Assembly (NCBI GenBank): GCA_013239625.1
Contig: MU053911.1
Span: forward strand, 881,590-945,589
Length of the DNA stretch: 64,000 nt
Origin: Lama guanicoe
Lineage: Eukaryota
Direction: 5' to 3'
This document shows, in pieces, positions 35,831-48,970 of the stretch (positions are counted from its first letter, which is position 1; every line of letters starts with the position of its first letter). A program made the position numbers and the translations under genes. The notes under the pieces were generated by a model. That model saw nothing but the letters and a program-made list of their open reading frames with translations, made no database searches and was not told the DNA's origin.

Positions 35831-38819
35831 TGGCTTCACATAATTGGGACCCTCCCCTGCATGGGTCCTCGGGCTCAGGAGGCACCCTGGAAGGGCATTC
35901 ACAAGGGCAGGGCTGTGCGGCATTTTACCTGAAATCACCTGAGGCTTCTGTTTCCCACTCCAGCTCCCCGTCACACTCACAGTGTCAGGCAGAGCTGCAG
36001 GGGCCACGGGCATTTTGGATTCTGGTTAAGGAGACGAGTCTAGGGTACGTTTGATGCAGATCCAGAGGGACGTACTTGTACAGTTGCAGTCACACCCAGC
36101 CGAGGGCAGGAATGGCTCCCAGCAACAGCCCTACAGCCCACCCTGCCAGCCCACGTGGCATCGAGACAGAAGGCCAGGGCCGTAAGTTTCATGGTTGTAA
36201 GAGTGAGTCCCTCCTGCTCAGTGAGAGAAGATGAGAAACAGTGTTTAAAATTGATGGAGGCAAAAGCTAGTCTGTGGGAAAGCCTTCAAACTGCCTGAAG
36301 TATAAAACTGAAAATTAAGGAGACCTAGAGGAAAAAGCATTCTAGCAGCATGTCCCGATTCATTTAAGAAGTACATGGTTTCCTGCATTTGTAATGTTTG
36401 CAGTATTTGTAAGTCTGTGATTTGTTGTGGGGTTTTTTTTCCATTCTTTTTTTCATTCTAAGGAAATATTCAATTTCATGCCTAACTTTATGTTCATAAT
36501 TTAAAGAAAGTATTCCAAAATTGGATAAGCTTCTGGTCCCTCAAAATATAGATCATTTCTGGTGGTTAAAAATTGTATGAAACAATTGTAAACAGTAATT
36601 AAGAGTCAACGTCTCTTTTCCATCTTCCGTTCACAAGATTTTGTCTTTTCCCCAAAGAAATACAAGTTAAGATTTAGCCAAATATCATTTATTATGTTAA
36701 AATTTATGTAATCACTGTTTTTGTAAAATGTGATCCAAAAACCGAGGAATGAGACCAAAATTTTGGATCCAGCAACTCTTGCCGAGCTTAATGACCTCTC
36801 AACGGTTATGAGAGGTTCCATGATTTTGTATTTCTTTTTGTTATTGCTTGGATGAACTTTGCAAAACAAAACAAAACAAAAATAGTATTAACGATAACGA
36901 GAGCTTCTTTAAATGAGGATGCCAGAATCCTTCTCATTATATAATGGCTCAAACAAGCCCAGAAGGCACCGTGTCCTCAGGGACCTAATCCGGAAGCAGG
37001 AGGAGTGGGCCCCGCAGAGTCCCCCCGGGTGGACGTGGGACACATCAGTCCTGTCCACGCGGAAACCAAGAAGACGGCTGCAGGACCCACAGGAGGGGAA
37101 CCGCGGTCACCCCCACACCTCCTCCAGCAGAAGGCGGGAACAGCCTCCGGGAGCTGCGGCCATCGAACTCAGGGGAACGTTCCATGGTCTGAGGCCGGCT
37201 TCCCAACCACGTGGCCGTTCAGACTGTGACGCTGTATCCAATACTTCCCTCCACGCCACCTTCAGAACATTACAGGGATAGTGAGAGAGTTAGCCGAGAG
37301 CCATGCACACACCGCCTGCGGTGCGACCCGGACGGCCCCAGGCACACTTGGCGCAGGTGACACTGAGGGAAGCCCGGTGGCTGACACGCGTCCCTGGCTC
37401 CTCCTGGCTGAGAGGCTCAGGACGTCACCCCGCCCATCCGCACCTCCAGGCCCTTCCTCCCGCCCACGGCGGCTGCTCTGGTTTTTGTTTCCTGTGAGGC
37501 CCTTGTGAGTACGTGTTAGCCTGCTTCTGCACTTACTTTAAAAAAAGTGACAAATGCTGGGTCCTTACCGACTGTACCAACGGGAGGGGTTCTGCACAAG
37601 CCCCTCAAGGCCGAGTGTGGCGGGCGAGACCACAGGCACTTTCGGGTCTGTGATCTTCAGTGGCTTCCATCTCTCCTTGGGCCAGAGCTCCCTCCTGCCT
37701 GGTGCTGGGAAGGGCTGGGGGGAGACCCGCCCGGGGCCGCCGCTCCCGCAGCGCCTCCTGGCGACACCATTCCTCAGGCCCCGGAGCTGAGGCTTCTGCT
37801 CGTCTTAGTAACTTTGGACCCAATTTGGTGTGAACTTCATGTCAATTCAAAGGAAACAAAGGGACAGCAATTTTCAGCAGGCAGGTGAACCCTAGAATAA
37901 ATGCTTGAACAAAATTGTCTGTTCTGTGGTGAAAACGCAGTGAAAATGTCAAGGAAACTAAATCTCCTTGGATTTTGCAGCACAGCTGAAGGGTCCTGTA
38001 AAGCCTTTCCTGAAGCTTCCCAGGTCAATGACCCCTGCGAGAAATTCAGGATCAGTTCACATTATGAATGAAAGGTCTTCCAAAGGGGCCTTTATAATTC
38101 CAGAAATATGCACTTAATTCTTTTTTTAAAGGCACCCCTTATAAACCAGTGCTTCATACTGTCTCCTCATCTCCCAATGTCGAAACACTGACCGTGGGCC
38201 TCAGGCACGTGTCTGATGGGACGCTCTCTGCCTAGCATGTGGTCACCTGTGACATCACATCACTCCGCTGGGTCCCCCGGAGGACTGTATTGTCTGGGAT
38301 TCACCTCCATGTCCTGTGCACTGACCAGCTCTGTGCACGGTGGGGGCTCAGTGCACACTGCTGGGAAGGGCGTGTGCGGCAGCCTTCCTTGTTTTTGGCA
38401 AGGCTAGAAGACAAGCAGATATTTTGATGCTGGGTGTCCAGAGCCAATGACCGCCCAAAGGTCAGTATCACTCCCATGGCACAATTTCTGCAAAGCAGAG
38501 CCACACACCTAAACAAGCAAGTGCACACCACACACTACGGCCAAGAGCTCACTGCCAGCGAGTCCGCCTTCCACACCTGGCTGCGGATTCTGTGTGCACC
38601 CCTCACCTGCCCACTCAGCCATCCCATCACTCAACAGACACTCGCTGGAGACAGAAGTGCCGGGCGCTGTGTGAGACTGTGCCGAGACAAGCAAAGCACA
38701 GACTTCATCCCCAAGAAGCTCATGGTTTGTTGGAAAAGACAGACATGATGAAAATAATGTTAATTCAAGGGGCAGATCAAAGTGCTCAGGGATTGCACAA
38801 GAGACAACACAGAAAGCAG

Positions 38820-39380
38820 AATCGTCTTCGTCCAGGGAACCCGAGCGGGCTGCTAAGGGTAGACGGCGTTTGAGCGAAATGTTGTGGAGCGTGTCAGGAT
38901 GGCGCAGGGCAGCCGCCCGCACGCGGCAGGAAGGCTGAAGCGAGAAGGGCGGCCGGGAGGGACGCCACTCACAGCGGCCGCAGTGCGGAGCGGGACGGGG
39001 GACAGCTGAAATACGCTGGGGCCAGACTGCGATGAAGACACGACCACAACCACAACCTGCAGGAGTTTTGGAAGCAGCTAAAAACAAGTATTGACGGGCA
39101 AGACGAATTCAGTGGGAGGTGAAGACACGAGAGCAGGAAAACGTGCAGAGAGCGCGACCGAGGAGGCGCGCGCTGGCCGGGCCGCGCCAGAGGGGCTTCT
39201 CTGGCTGCTGGGGCCTCCGAGAGCCGCCCGGCTGACTTAGGCCCGAAGGGAAGCCGCTGGCAGCCGCGGGGAGCTCGCTGTGCCGTCCAGCAAGGCTGGG
39301 GACCTGGGCTGGATAGGGCAGGACGCTCGCTGCGCGGGGGGGTGGGGAGCTGGCAGCCCCGTCCTGACACCGTCACTGAG
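38820..39380. promoter_or_regulatory. CpG-island-like segment
   Basis: Dense CpGs (gcggccgc, ggcgcgcgc, ccgcgcc) in non-repeat sequence; judged by eye, not computed. Confidence 0.55.
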
Positions 39381-40021
39381 CATCGAGCTGGCTCTTTATC
39401 ACTGCGCTCAGAAGTTAAATTCCAGAGGGGAGACTCGCATTCCTCAGCTGGGGGAGGGCAGGACTCCCAGATAAACAGTCCCACACTCTGCATCCAGTGA
39501 GGGAAGTGCAATTCCCCAAAAGGAAGTCAGGCCGGGGTCAGGGCCGGACAGCCAGGAAGACCAGCCGGAGAGGCCAGGGCAGCCAGCCGCGCTCCAGGAG
39601 GGGAGACCGCCCCCGGACAGAGCCAGTGCTCGAAGGGCTAGAGGAAGAAATCCCAGAGGAAAGGAAGTCCTGAATCTAGTCCACAGCCGGCAGCCAGGAG
39701 CATCCGTGGAGGGAGAGCTCCGCCAGAGAGACGTGGTGACCTGTCTCCTTCCTCCCACGCCACCTGGAGAGCCCGGCCAGGGACACAGACTCTTCTGCAC
39801 AAGGAAGAAACAGGCATCTCTGCTCCCAGGGCCGCAGAGAGATGCTGGGAGGGAGGGAGCCACGCCCACAACTCCGCAGGCCTGAGTGGAGGAAGTTTGT
39901 TCCTGGCTCGCTCACGGTCACGTACCAGTGGAGAACGAGCCTGACCCACGCTGGATCTGCCCCTTTGGCTCTGACCCTGGGCTCCGTCTCCTGGGCTCAG
40001 TCCTGCTGGGTCTGCACCTTT

Positions 40022-40436
40022 TGTAAAAGAATGTGGCCCGGAGCCTGAAATAGACAGGGGAGACCAGTCTCAAGGCTCTGACCTTGAAGGGGAGAACACT
40101 TTCCCATTCATACAGAGATGAAAAGTTGCAGAACAGAGAACAGCATTTGTCTTGTTAGGGTTTTACAGGGACACCATGTCCTGCCCTACTGGGCAGCTGC
40201 AAGAACAAAGGATTCTGACGCCAAGAAGTTTGCAACAACCAACCACACCCCATCCCCTTTTAGTGGAAAAGGAGCCTGAATCCTGACCTGGGGAAGATGG
40301 TTCTCCAGGACATTATCCCCCATCTTCTCGTTCTGCTGGCTTTTCCAATAAAGTTGTTCTTCCTTGCCCCAACACCTCATCTCCCGATTTATTGGCCTGT
40401 CGTGCGGCGAGCAGAACAAATTTGGACTTGGTAACA
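40022..40436 (+). mobile_element. ERV1-class solo LTR
   Basis: TG…CA ends, AATAAA near 40347, U5 tail tttattggcctgtcgtgcggcgagcagaacaaatttggacttggtaaca typical of cetartiodactyl ERV1 LTRs; TSD not resolved. Confidence 0.75.
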
Positions 40437-41183
40437 GTTATGGCCAGGGGAGATGGCGGTCAGGTTGGGAAGGCACAGTGGGAGGCACTGCTTCCACGTA
40501 TAGGGGCTCTGGGCACGACAGGGAAGGGTGAGATGGGGTCCTGATGACAGCGTTGAGTGACAACCTCAAACTCTATCTTCACCGGGAGAGGGAAGCCCTG
40601 GGCATGTTGTCTTTAGGAAGGTAATTCTCTGGGTCCATTTTAAAAGTCTGTCTCTCTGCAAATTACAATTTGTCCTTAGGATGTGTGTGCTGCCCAGGAG
40701 TCACTCGCAGACCAGAAGCCCAGTGGAGGAAGCATACCATGACCCCGCAAGACAGACGGTGCCCTTGGGGGCTGCACCAGCGGGTGCAAAGCACGCTCTG
40801 GATTATTCTACTTGACCCAGAAGCCCAAACCCATGAGGGTCTGCTGTGTTGAGTCCTGTGTGTCAGCTAGACCCTGTAAGTCATGCTTTGGGAGCTGTGT
40901 GACTGTGAATTAGTGGTCTTCCAGGATGCCCCGGGGGAAGCAAGGTCCATGTGTGAAAACCCTTTGGACTTATTTACTGTACATAAATGGCACCTCAGTT
41001 ACAAAGTGACTGCTGGGACTAGGGGACCAGGTACTCTTACCCATGTGGCGACGTGCACTGTGAATGACGGGAGGACGGTGGGATTACAAGAGTTTATTTA
41101 CCTTTAAAAAGAACCATAGTTTTTACCTGTGATTTTCATACTGTGAAATAGGACTGTGTATGATTTATTTAAAAGTCCCTAGT

Positions 41184-41320
41184 GGGGAGGGTATAGCTCA
41201 GTGGGGGAGTGCACGCCCAGCATGCATGCGGGCCTGGGTTCAATTCCTAGCATCTCCATTAAACAAATAAATAAATAAACCTAATTATCTCCCTCATAAA
41301 AAAATAAAAATTTTAAAAAA
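41184..41320 (+). mobile_element. tRNA-derived SINE (Vic-1-like)
   Basis: ggggagggtatagctcagtg…ctgggttcaattcctagcatctccattaaac…aaacctaatta; degenerate TSD ttatttaaaagtccct / ttatttaaatccct. Confidence 0.92.
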
Positions 41321-43554
41321 TTATTTAAATCCCTGAAGTCAGTGATCACAAGAAATATTTTTTCATAGTTACCCCAGTGGGACGACTGTCAGCTCTGACA
41401 TTAACAGTGTCTGACTGTGACATTGCTACAATACTTGTTAAATATAAGAAGGTGGATGCCTTCTTAGTTTTTCCTTCTACAAGCTGAGTCCCGGGCGAAA
41501 TCGCCTGCCATTTGGATTCTGGTGATTAAAAGAGGGCCATTCCAGCTTGTTAACTGACAATTACAGAAGGCAACTTACACACGCAAACCTCAGACTAGGT
41601 CAAGAATTGTTCCTAAACGTCTGTCATCGCTCTCAGTGAGAAAAACACTGACAAAAGTTTTAGGTCATTCATGATATTCTACAGACATTTTGGACAAGAA
41701 AATTTTCCAAACAAATGAAAAATCATTTTGAATCAAGTTGACTTTTGGTCTAACTTTGATTGCTGTACGTCTAAGAACATTTTTGATCTAATGATGTTTT
41801 CTATTTGCTAAATAGGTTTAAGTTTGGGAATAATTCTTGAACATTAAGCAAAAATCCTGCTTCATGATAAAACATCCAGGAAAGAGAATTTCTGGTTTTC
41901 ATTTAAGCCCCAGCCTTTATCAACAAATTTTTATGTTGCTATTTTAGAGCTAAAAGAACAGAAGATCTGCAAAATTAATTCTTCCCCAAGCATTTAGAAA
42001 ACTTGCCCTCTTATTTCTCCAGATTTCAGTTTCCTGATTGTTTCAGTTGTGGTCAGCCCTCACTTAATAGACATGAATTAGAACTTGCCATCTCCCAACA
42101 TGCCCTTCCTGCGTCTTCAGGTCCAAATCACGTAGTCCATCAGATACAGGGACAATCATCTGACCCACCTGCGTTATTTGGACCGTGGGCACCAACAGAA
42201 TTAGTAGGCAGAGTCACATGATCACATAGATAAGATTATAGCCTCATAGACAGAAGAAAATAACCGCAGGCTAGCTGCGAGCTCTGCCCCCTGGAACTCA
42301 TCTTAGTACTGTCTCAGGACAGCAGGAGCGACGTGACTTGTCCAGGACCTGGAGAGTTGTGGAACCAGCATAACATTTAATTCATAAAAGCTACCTGTTA
42401 ATACCCAGTCTCCGGGGTCTGTCGATTAATACTGACTGCTGACTTTCCTGCGTTCATTTCTCCTTGCTGGTCAGACTGCTGTACCAGCCCCCGGTGCCAC
42501 TGAGCACGTGCCGTGCACCAGACGCCACGCTGAGCCCCGCGCTTGCCTCAGCTCCTTCAGTGCGCCACAGGTGCGGGGCTCTTGCTATTTTGAAATAATT
42601 GTCACTTCGTGGGACTTTCCTTTTGTTTCCCATGCTTTGGTCACTTCCACTCTTGTAGAAATGATGTCCAAACATAAGGTGCAAATGCATCTTTGAAAAA
42701 CATCTCTCTTAGAATTAAACAGCCTTTATTGTTCAGTTCTCAGCAACTGAAATGTCAAGGAAATCACACCGGTCCAGTAGGATCTGAACAGAAAAAGCTG
42801 GAACTCGGGTCAATTAGGGCAAACTTGATTGAGTAAAGTGCTCATTTCAGTGTAGCTCGTTGTCCATAAAAAAGGTAAAGGGAGCTTAGATCAATGTGGG
42901 GAGATGGAATCCCTCTCAATTAGAGTTAGATTCCACGCATTTGAAGCACTGAGGCTCAGATTCAGACTCTGCCAAAGAACAGTGAGACGTCCATCCCTCA
43001 GCAGTCACTGAACAGTCAGAGGAGAGGGCTGGGGATGCTTCCGGGCGCGTACGTTAGTGACTTTCCATCAGGCGGTGCGGCTTGCCTGGATTTCTGAAAC
43101 TGGACTCAGCTACCTGCGCCAGCCCCTGAGGCACCTGGGTGTGACTGAAAAGCTCCTCTATCTCCAAATCATTTTGAATTAAGTGAAGTTAAATTAAATA
43201 TGAGAGAAATGGCCCTCGATCTACTTGTTAGAAACATCCTAAAGGAGCCAATGTTACTGACACGGCCCCGTGCACAGCACGGTTCCAACTGTCTCACAGG
43301 CACTATCTTTTTTGTTCTCAGTGGCCCTGGGAATGGACACTGCCATCACCTCTGTGTTGCAGGGCAGGTGGCTGAGCCGTGAGCCCTGTGTGAAGCCAGG
43401 ACGCACGGCCAGGAGGTCAGCCCCGCGCAGAGGCTGCACGTGCACCGCAGGCCTCGCCTCCACCCCTGCCTCCTCTCCTTGTCCTGACATACCTCTGGTA
43501 CATGATTCACTCCAGGATTGATGGAACTGGTCAAAACTCTCTGAGTGATCAACA

Positions 43555-45046
43555 GAAGACCTAAATAGACATTTCCCCAGAGAAGACATTCAGATGGCCA
43601 AAAGACACATGAAAAGATGCTCAGCATCGCTAATTGTCAAAGAAATGCAAATCAGAACTACGATGAGGTATCACCTCACATGGGTCAGAATGGCCATCAT
43701 CAAAGAGTCCACAAACGATAAATACTGCAGAGGCTGTGGAGGAAAGGGGGACCCTCCTACACTCTGGTCATGGACTTACACGCTGCTGGGAGTGCAGTTC
43801 GGCACAGCCACTATGGAAAACAGTATGGAGTTTCCCTTAAAAACTAAAAATAGCTCTTTGCTCAGCTGCCGCCCAGGTGCTCGGTTCTTCCAAGGGAGCC
43901 AAGGCCGCGTTGGGGCGAGGCCCTCACTTCCTCCAGGACCAGCACGGCGCCCAGCAGTGCCCGCCCACAGCTCTCCCGCGCCACGGCCTCAGCCCAAGCT
44001 CGCCTACATCTACCCGGCCCTCACCATGCACGACGATGCGGTGATGGTAACAGAGGGTAAGGTCGACGCCCTCATTAAGGCAGCCGGTGTGAATGCTGAA
44101 CCTGTCTGGCCAGGCTTGTTTGCAAAGGCTCTGGTGAGTCTCAATATCGGAGTCTCGTCTGCAAGGTTGGGGCTGGGGGTGGAGGTCCTGCCCCAGCATG
44201 AGGGGGACCCACTGCCTCCACCACTGCTATCCCCACTGAGGACGAGAAAGTGGAAGCAGAGAAAGAAGAGTCCGAGGAGTCTGATGACAACATGGGCTTT
44301 GGGCTTTTTGACTAAACCCCTTTAGTAACACATTCAGTAAAAAGCTGAGCTCTTTGCTGTGGTTGGTCTTGCTAAAAACAAAACAAAACAAGGAAAAAAA
44401 CTAAAAATAGACCTCCCCTATGATCCAGTAATCCCACTCCTGGGCATATGTCCAGAGGGAAACTTGATTCAAAAAGAGACGTGCACCCCAATATTCATAG
44501 CAGCGCTACTTACAATAGCCAAGACATGGAAGCAACCTAAATGTCCATCAACAGATGACTGGGTAAAGAAGATGTGGTATATTTATACAATGGAATACTA
44601 CTCAGCCATAAAGAGGAATAAAATAATGTCATTTGCAGCAACATGGATGGACCTGGAGATCAACATACTAAGTGAAGTAAGCCAGACAGAGAAAGACAAA
44701 TATCACATGTTATTACTTATATGTGGAATCTAAAACAAAAGATACAAATGAACTTATTTACAGAACAGAAATAAACTCACAGACATAGAAAACAAACTTA
44801 TAATTATGAAAGGGGAAAAGTGGGGAGAGATAAACCAGGAATTTGGGATTAACAGATACACACTGCTATATACACAATAGATTAACAAGAACCTACTGCA
44901 GGACATAGGGAGTTATATTCAAGATCTCATAATAACCTATAATGAAAAGAATCTGAAAAAGAATATATATATATTTGTGTGTATAACTGAATCACTTTAC
45001 TTACATCTGAAACATTGTAAATCAACTGTACTTCCATTTAAAAAAA
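43555..45046 (+). mobile_element. 5'-truncated L1 (ORF2 C-terminus + 3' UTR), interrupted by an RPLP1 retrocopy
   Basis: [29 protein letters not shown]… resumes after 44400 as LKIDLPYDPVIPLLGI…KYHMLLLICGI*, then canonical 3' UTR and A tail. Confidence 0.95.
43854..44395 (+). pseudogene. RPLP1: Processed pseudogene of 60S acidic ribosomal protein P1
   Basis: Intronless; 5' TOP-like start ctctttgctcagctgccgcc; [45 protein letters not shown] and [16 protein letters not shown] (TAA 44313-44315); start codon ATG>ACG (43983-43985), frameshifts, degraded A tail, 15-bp TSD aaaaactaaaaatag (43839-43853, 44396-44410). Confidence 0.96.
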
Positions 45047-45226
45047 TTCTTTCTCCTTTCAAAAAAATCTACACCATTAAAATTAGAAATACATCAGTTG
45101 AAGGAATTATATTGGACTGACAATCTAAACTACACTCTACCCCAGCTGCTAGGTCACAGAACTATGTAAATTCTTTAATACCTTCAATCATTTGAAGCAC
45201 AAGTTAACACAGTAACGTTCTGAGCA

Positions 45227-45290
45227 GGGAAGAGGGGCTCGCTCAGCGGTGGCGTGTGTGCCTAGCATGTGCGAGGCCCTGGGTTCAATG
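45227..45290 (+). mobile_element. Partial tRNA-derived SINE
   Basis: gctcagcggtggcgtgtgtgcctagcatgtgcgaggccctgggttcaat. Confidence 0.75.
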
Positions 45291-45539
45291 AAGCTAACTG
45301 TTCTCCCCCAATATCTTTCTCAGCTGAACACCGCAGCCGCTCTCATTGACAGAAACATTGAATCCACAGAGGCTCACATGGCACTGTATTTGTGTCTGAC
45401 TCTAAAATTTTCAAACGTGCCCTGGAAAAGCCCTCCGATTTGGGAGCATGATCACCAGGCTTTGTTTGTCCACCCATCTTCCTTGGCATGGTATTTTCTG
45501 GGAAGAAAATAATGCCATTCCCCCAGGTTTGTCGTTCAG

Positions 45540-45897
45540 ACTGTCTTTGCGCCAGCTGGGCAGCCGACGGACAGCGGGAAGGCAGCTCTCACGGTCCTAA
45601 GGCTGGAGGCCCAGGCCGCGGGGGGCCTCCTCCCGGCCTGTGGCTGCGCCTTCCCGCTGTATCCTCGCATGGGGGCAGGTGCCAGAGCTCTGTGGGTTTT
45701 TTTGGTTTTGGGGGGACTTTTTTTTTGAGTTACAGGCAGTTTACCATGTTGTGGGGTGTCTTTTACAAGAACGCTAATCCCATTGGAGAAGACGCCACCC
45801 TCATGACCTGAGCACCTCCCAGTGGCCCCGCCTGGCCCCATCAGTTAGGGTTTCAGCATATGAATTTTGGGGGGACACAAACCTTCAGATGACGGCA
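45540..45897 (-). mobile_element. MaLR solo LTR (MLT1A-like)
   Basis: ctaatcccatt…ccaccctcatgacct…ttagggtttcagcatatgaattttggggggacacaaaccttcag. Confidence 0.8.
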
Positions 45898-47699
45898 GAC
45901 TGCATTTCCAGTCTGTAGGTCCGGAACTTCTAACAGGTAGACTGGCAACACAGCGGGAAGGACACAGGGCGCACGTGAGGCCGAGTGCAGTGAACCTCCT
46001 ACACCCAGGACGCCACAGCTCCGGTTTTGACCTGAATCCGTGACATTTGTTTTTAAAAAGTTAAATGAGCTGATTGTTTATTCCTGTAAGTAATCGTTAT
46101 AATGTGAAATCTATGAATCTTTGAAGAATAAATTACAAAGCTTCTGTCTGGGCTCAGAGCTTTCATTTTACCAATTTAAAAGCAACTTCCATCATGGCTG
46201 AAAGTCGTGGATGCCAGACATGTGTTTGATAAATCCAGTAAAAACACACACCACTCTCTGAGCAAGACGTAAAAACATCGGTCGGGCACCCAGATGATCT
46301 ATTTCCTCTGCGACTCATCACCACAGGTGGAAACCTCCCGAAGTTCAGGGCCAGGGAGCCAGAGCATAAATCCAGTCAAAGCTGCTTCCTCTCTCTTTCG
46401 CCTGAACACCCCTTCAAATCTTTCATTTTCCTGAGGTTTCATTTTTGTACCAGTTCCAGCTTTATCATGTGACACTTTAACTTTGAATTTAACTCTACAT
46501 TGTCTAGAGCAAACCTTTTAATATTTGCAAATGAGAGAGATTTGAGGAGGTGAAGTCCGTACCCTCCAGGACGGCATGTTTTTTAATCCTGAGATTTCAA
46601 ACTGCTAGGCTTCGGTTCTTATGCTCATCCCCAAAAGTGTTAATACTGGGCTACTTTGTTCCCTGGTCAAAGGAAGATGTGAGACTTCACCCACAGCTGA
46701 GAGCTGTGCTCACATTTCAGTTGCACCTCAGACACCATGGCCTTCAGGAAGGTGCCCACTGCTCTCTCAAACCTAGAAAGTCAAGCTGTTCTTACTGATT
46801 TAGCCAAAGTGGGTGTCATGACACCCACCCCTATTCCCAGGATGGCCCTGAGGATGAGTAAACTGGTCCAAATAGAACAGTCATATTATGTGAAACTGGT
46901 GGTGAGTTTAATAATAGCATTTAAGTGCTTTTTAAAAAATCAGTTGGTGTGTGCTGCTTCAAGTCCAAATTCCCAAAAAAAGAGCCGTTCTCACAATGTT
47001 TGCAGCTAAGTGTTCACCGTATCAGGAGCTCTTAGATCACACATTCGATTTTGAAATGCCAGACAACACTGTCTTATTGACACCTGAAATTTGAGGCTGA
47101 CTTGTACCTATTTCTTCTCTTCCTATGCAAAATATGTAAATGCAGATCCTTTGCTAAGAATACGATGTTTTCAATGTTTGAACTAATCAAAATATAACAG
47201 TGAAGTAAAATTGAGAGTGCTCCTAGTTTTGTGTGGCAATGTACCCAGTTAAAAACACTTTTTTCCCTAGACACACTACGGCCAATCCTGGCCAATGAGA
47301 TGTATGTAGAAGTCTCTGAGTGACACTTCTAGAAAGTTTTGTTATCCTGATCGAACAGTAGAGTTGACATGGGCCTTTCACCCTTTCCCTCCCTTCTCAT
47401 TCCCATCTGGAATGCATCCACAACAGCTGGAGTTATGGCAACCGCTTTAACACCAGACATCCACCAAGTTGGAGGAACAGGTCAATAGAAGAAGTTGAGT
47501 CCCTGTCAGTATCTTTGACAGGATTCAATGCAAATTCACCTCATCAATAGGACTTGATCGAAGAAATCTTACCTCTAACACCAGAATGCTTATTTCCCAA
47601 TCTCTAGAGGCTACATTCTGATCAAATCGTTTCCCTAATTAGAGCTCATTAACACGTGCTCTTTGCGCAGAATAATCAATGCAACAGAAGTATAGAAAT

Positions 47700-47850
47700 G
47701 GGGGGGGGCGGGAGTATGGCTTAGCGGTAGAATGCGTGCTTAGCATGCCCGAGGTCCTGGGTTCAGTCCCCAGTATCTCCATTAAAAGAAAATAGCAATA
47801 ATAAAATAAATAAATAAACCTAATTACCTCCTCACCCCCCCCAACAAAAG
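47700..47850 (+). mobile_element. tRNA-derived SINE (Vic-1-like)
   Basis: gcttagcggtagaatgcgtgcttagcatgcccgaggtcctgggttcagtccccagtatctccattaaaa…aaacctaattacctcc. Confidence 0.92.
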
Positions 47851-48906
47851 CAGACAGAAATAGAGAACATTAATTCGATTCAAAGTCTTATTCTATATAC
47901 TGTAGAATATAGAGTCCTTGCACTTAAGGAACTCAGTCTAGTTGGAACGAAAAGCAATAAATGAAGAGAATTACTGAAATAAAAATAGCAGATCAAGTTA
48001 AGAATAGAAAAGACTTCGTAAGACAGAAGCAGATTAATCTCTTTTTTTAAAAAGCTGTAGAGGTGAGAGCGTTACAGAAGCTTGAAGCAGGAATAGCACC
48101 CTTTAACCAATAATTGAAAGAAATAATGGGCATTGGAGGTTTTTAAAATCTTCTGGCCACAACAGCATTTGAAGTACCCTTGCTCTTTCAAACACATAGC
48201 AATTACAAATAAAATACAGAAATTAAAAAGAAAGTGACAGAACCAATTTTAGAAATGAGGAAAGGGTATGCACAGAAGAAACAAAACAGTGAGTCTGACT
48301 AGAGCCACAAGCCTGCCGGTGCCGCCGGTGCCGCCGGTGCTGCTGGTGCTGGTGGCCAGAGGTGGGTTCCTGCGGGTGAGACAGAACCAGATGTTCTTTT
48401 TCTCACACAACGGGCCGGGCCAGGCATGAGGCCAGGGGCTGGGAAGGCGCTCTGTGCCGGCAGATAAGGAGACAATACTGAACACTCCCTAAAGTAACAG
48501 ATGTGAACAAGCTTCTGATCTAAAAAACCTCAAAGCTCAAACACGGCCTCCTGACCAAAAATTAAACAAGCCACCTTCTGACCCAGTAACTGAATCTTCA
48601 ATGTCCTTGCTTTGACCTGGGATGGGTGTCCCCAAGATAACATTATAAACCTGGTCTGGACGAAGGCCCAGAGATCCTGGTGGACAGAACTGAAAAGCAA
48701 TAGATAAGGAGGAGTAAGAACAGAAAAAGAAAAGAAAAATATATGTAAATAAACCTAAAACTAAAAGAAAAAAAAAACCACTAAAACTCACCATTTAAAA
48801 TAAGCCTGAAAAATCTAAGTTCCAAAAACTATGCAAAAATCTAATAAAAATATGACGGCCATCAAATTTTAAAATGGAGATAAATATATTCCAGGTAAAA
48901 ATAACG

Positions 48907-48970
48907 GGATGGGCTGATATCGCTCAGCAGCAAAGCACGTGTTCAGTGTGCGTGAGGTCCCCCCCAAAGT
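48907..48970 (+). mobile_element. Partial degraded SINE
   Basis: atcgctcagcagcaaagcacgtgttcagtgtgcgtgaggtcc. Confidence 0.55.

Noticed and set aside
36040..36560. Possible MaLR and DNA-transposon remnants; also 47230-47520 and 48130-49330
   Set aside because: Too diverged to assign family or boundaries by eye
38315..38357. tgtgcactga…tcagtgcaca hairpin as a possible pre-miRNA
   Set aside because: Stem only about 10 bp with a 23-nt loop; too short for a Drosha substrate
44359..44733. 124-aa ORF with intact-looking L1 ORF2 C-terminus
   Set aside because: Fragment of a 5'-truncated, interrupted L1; not an autonomous gene
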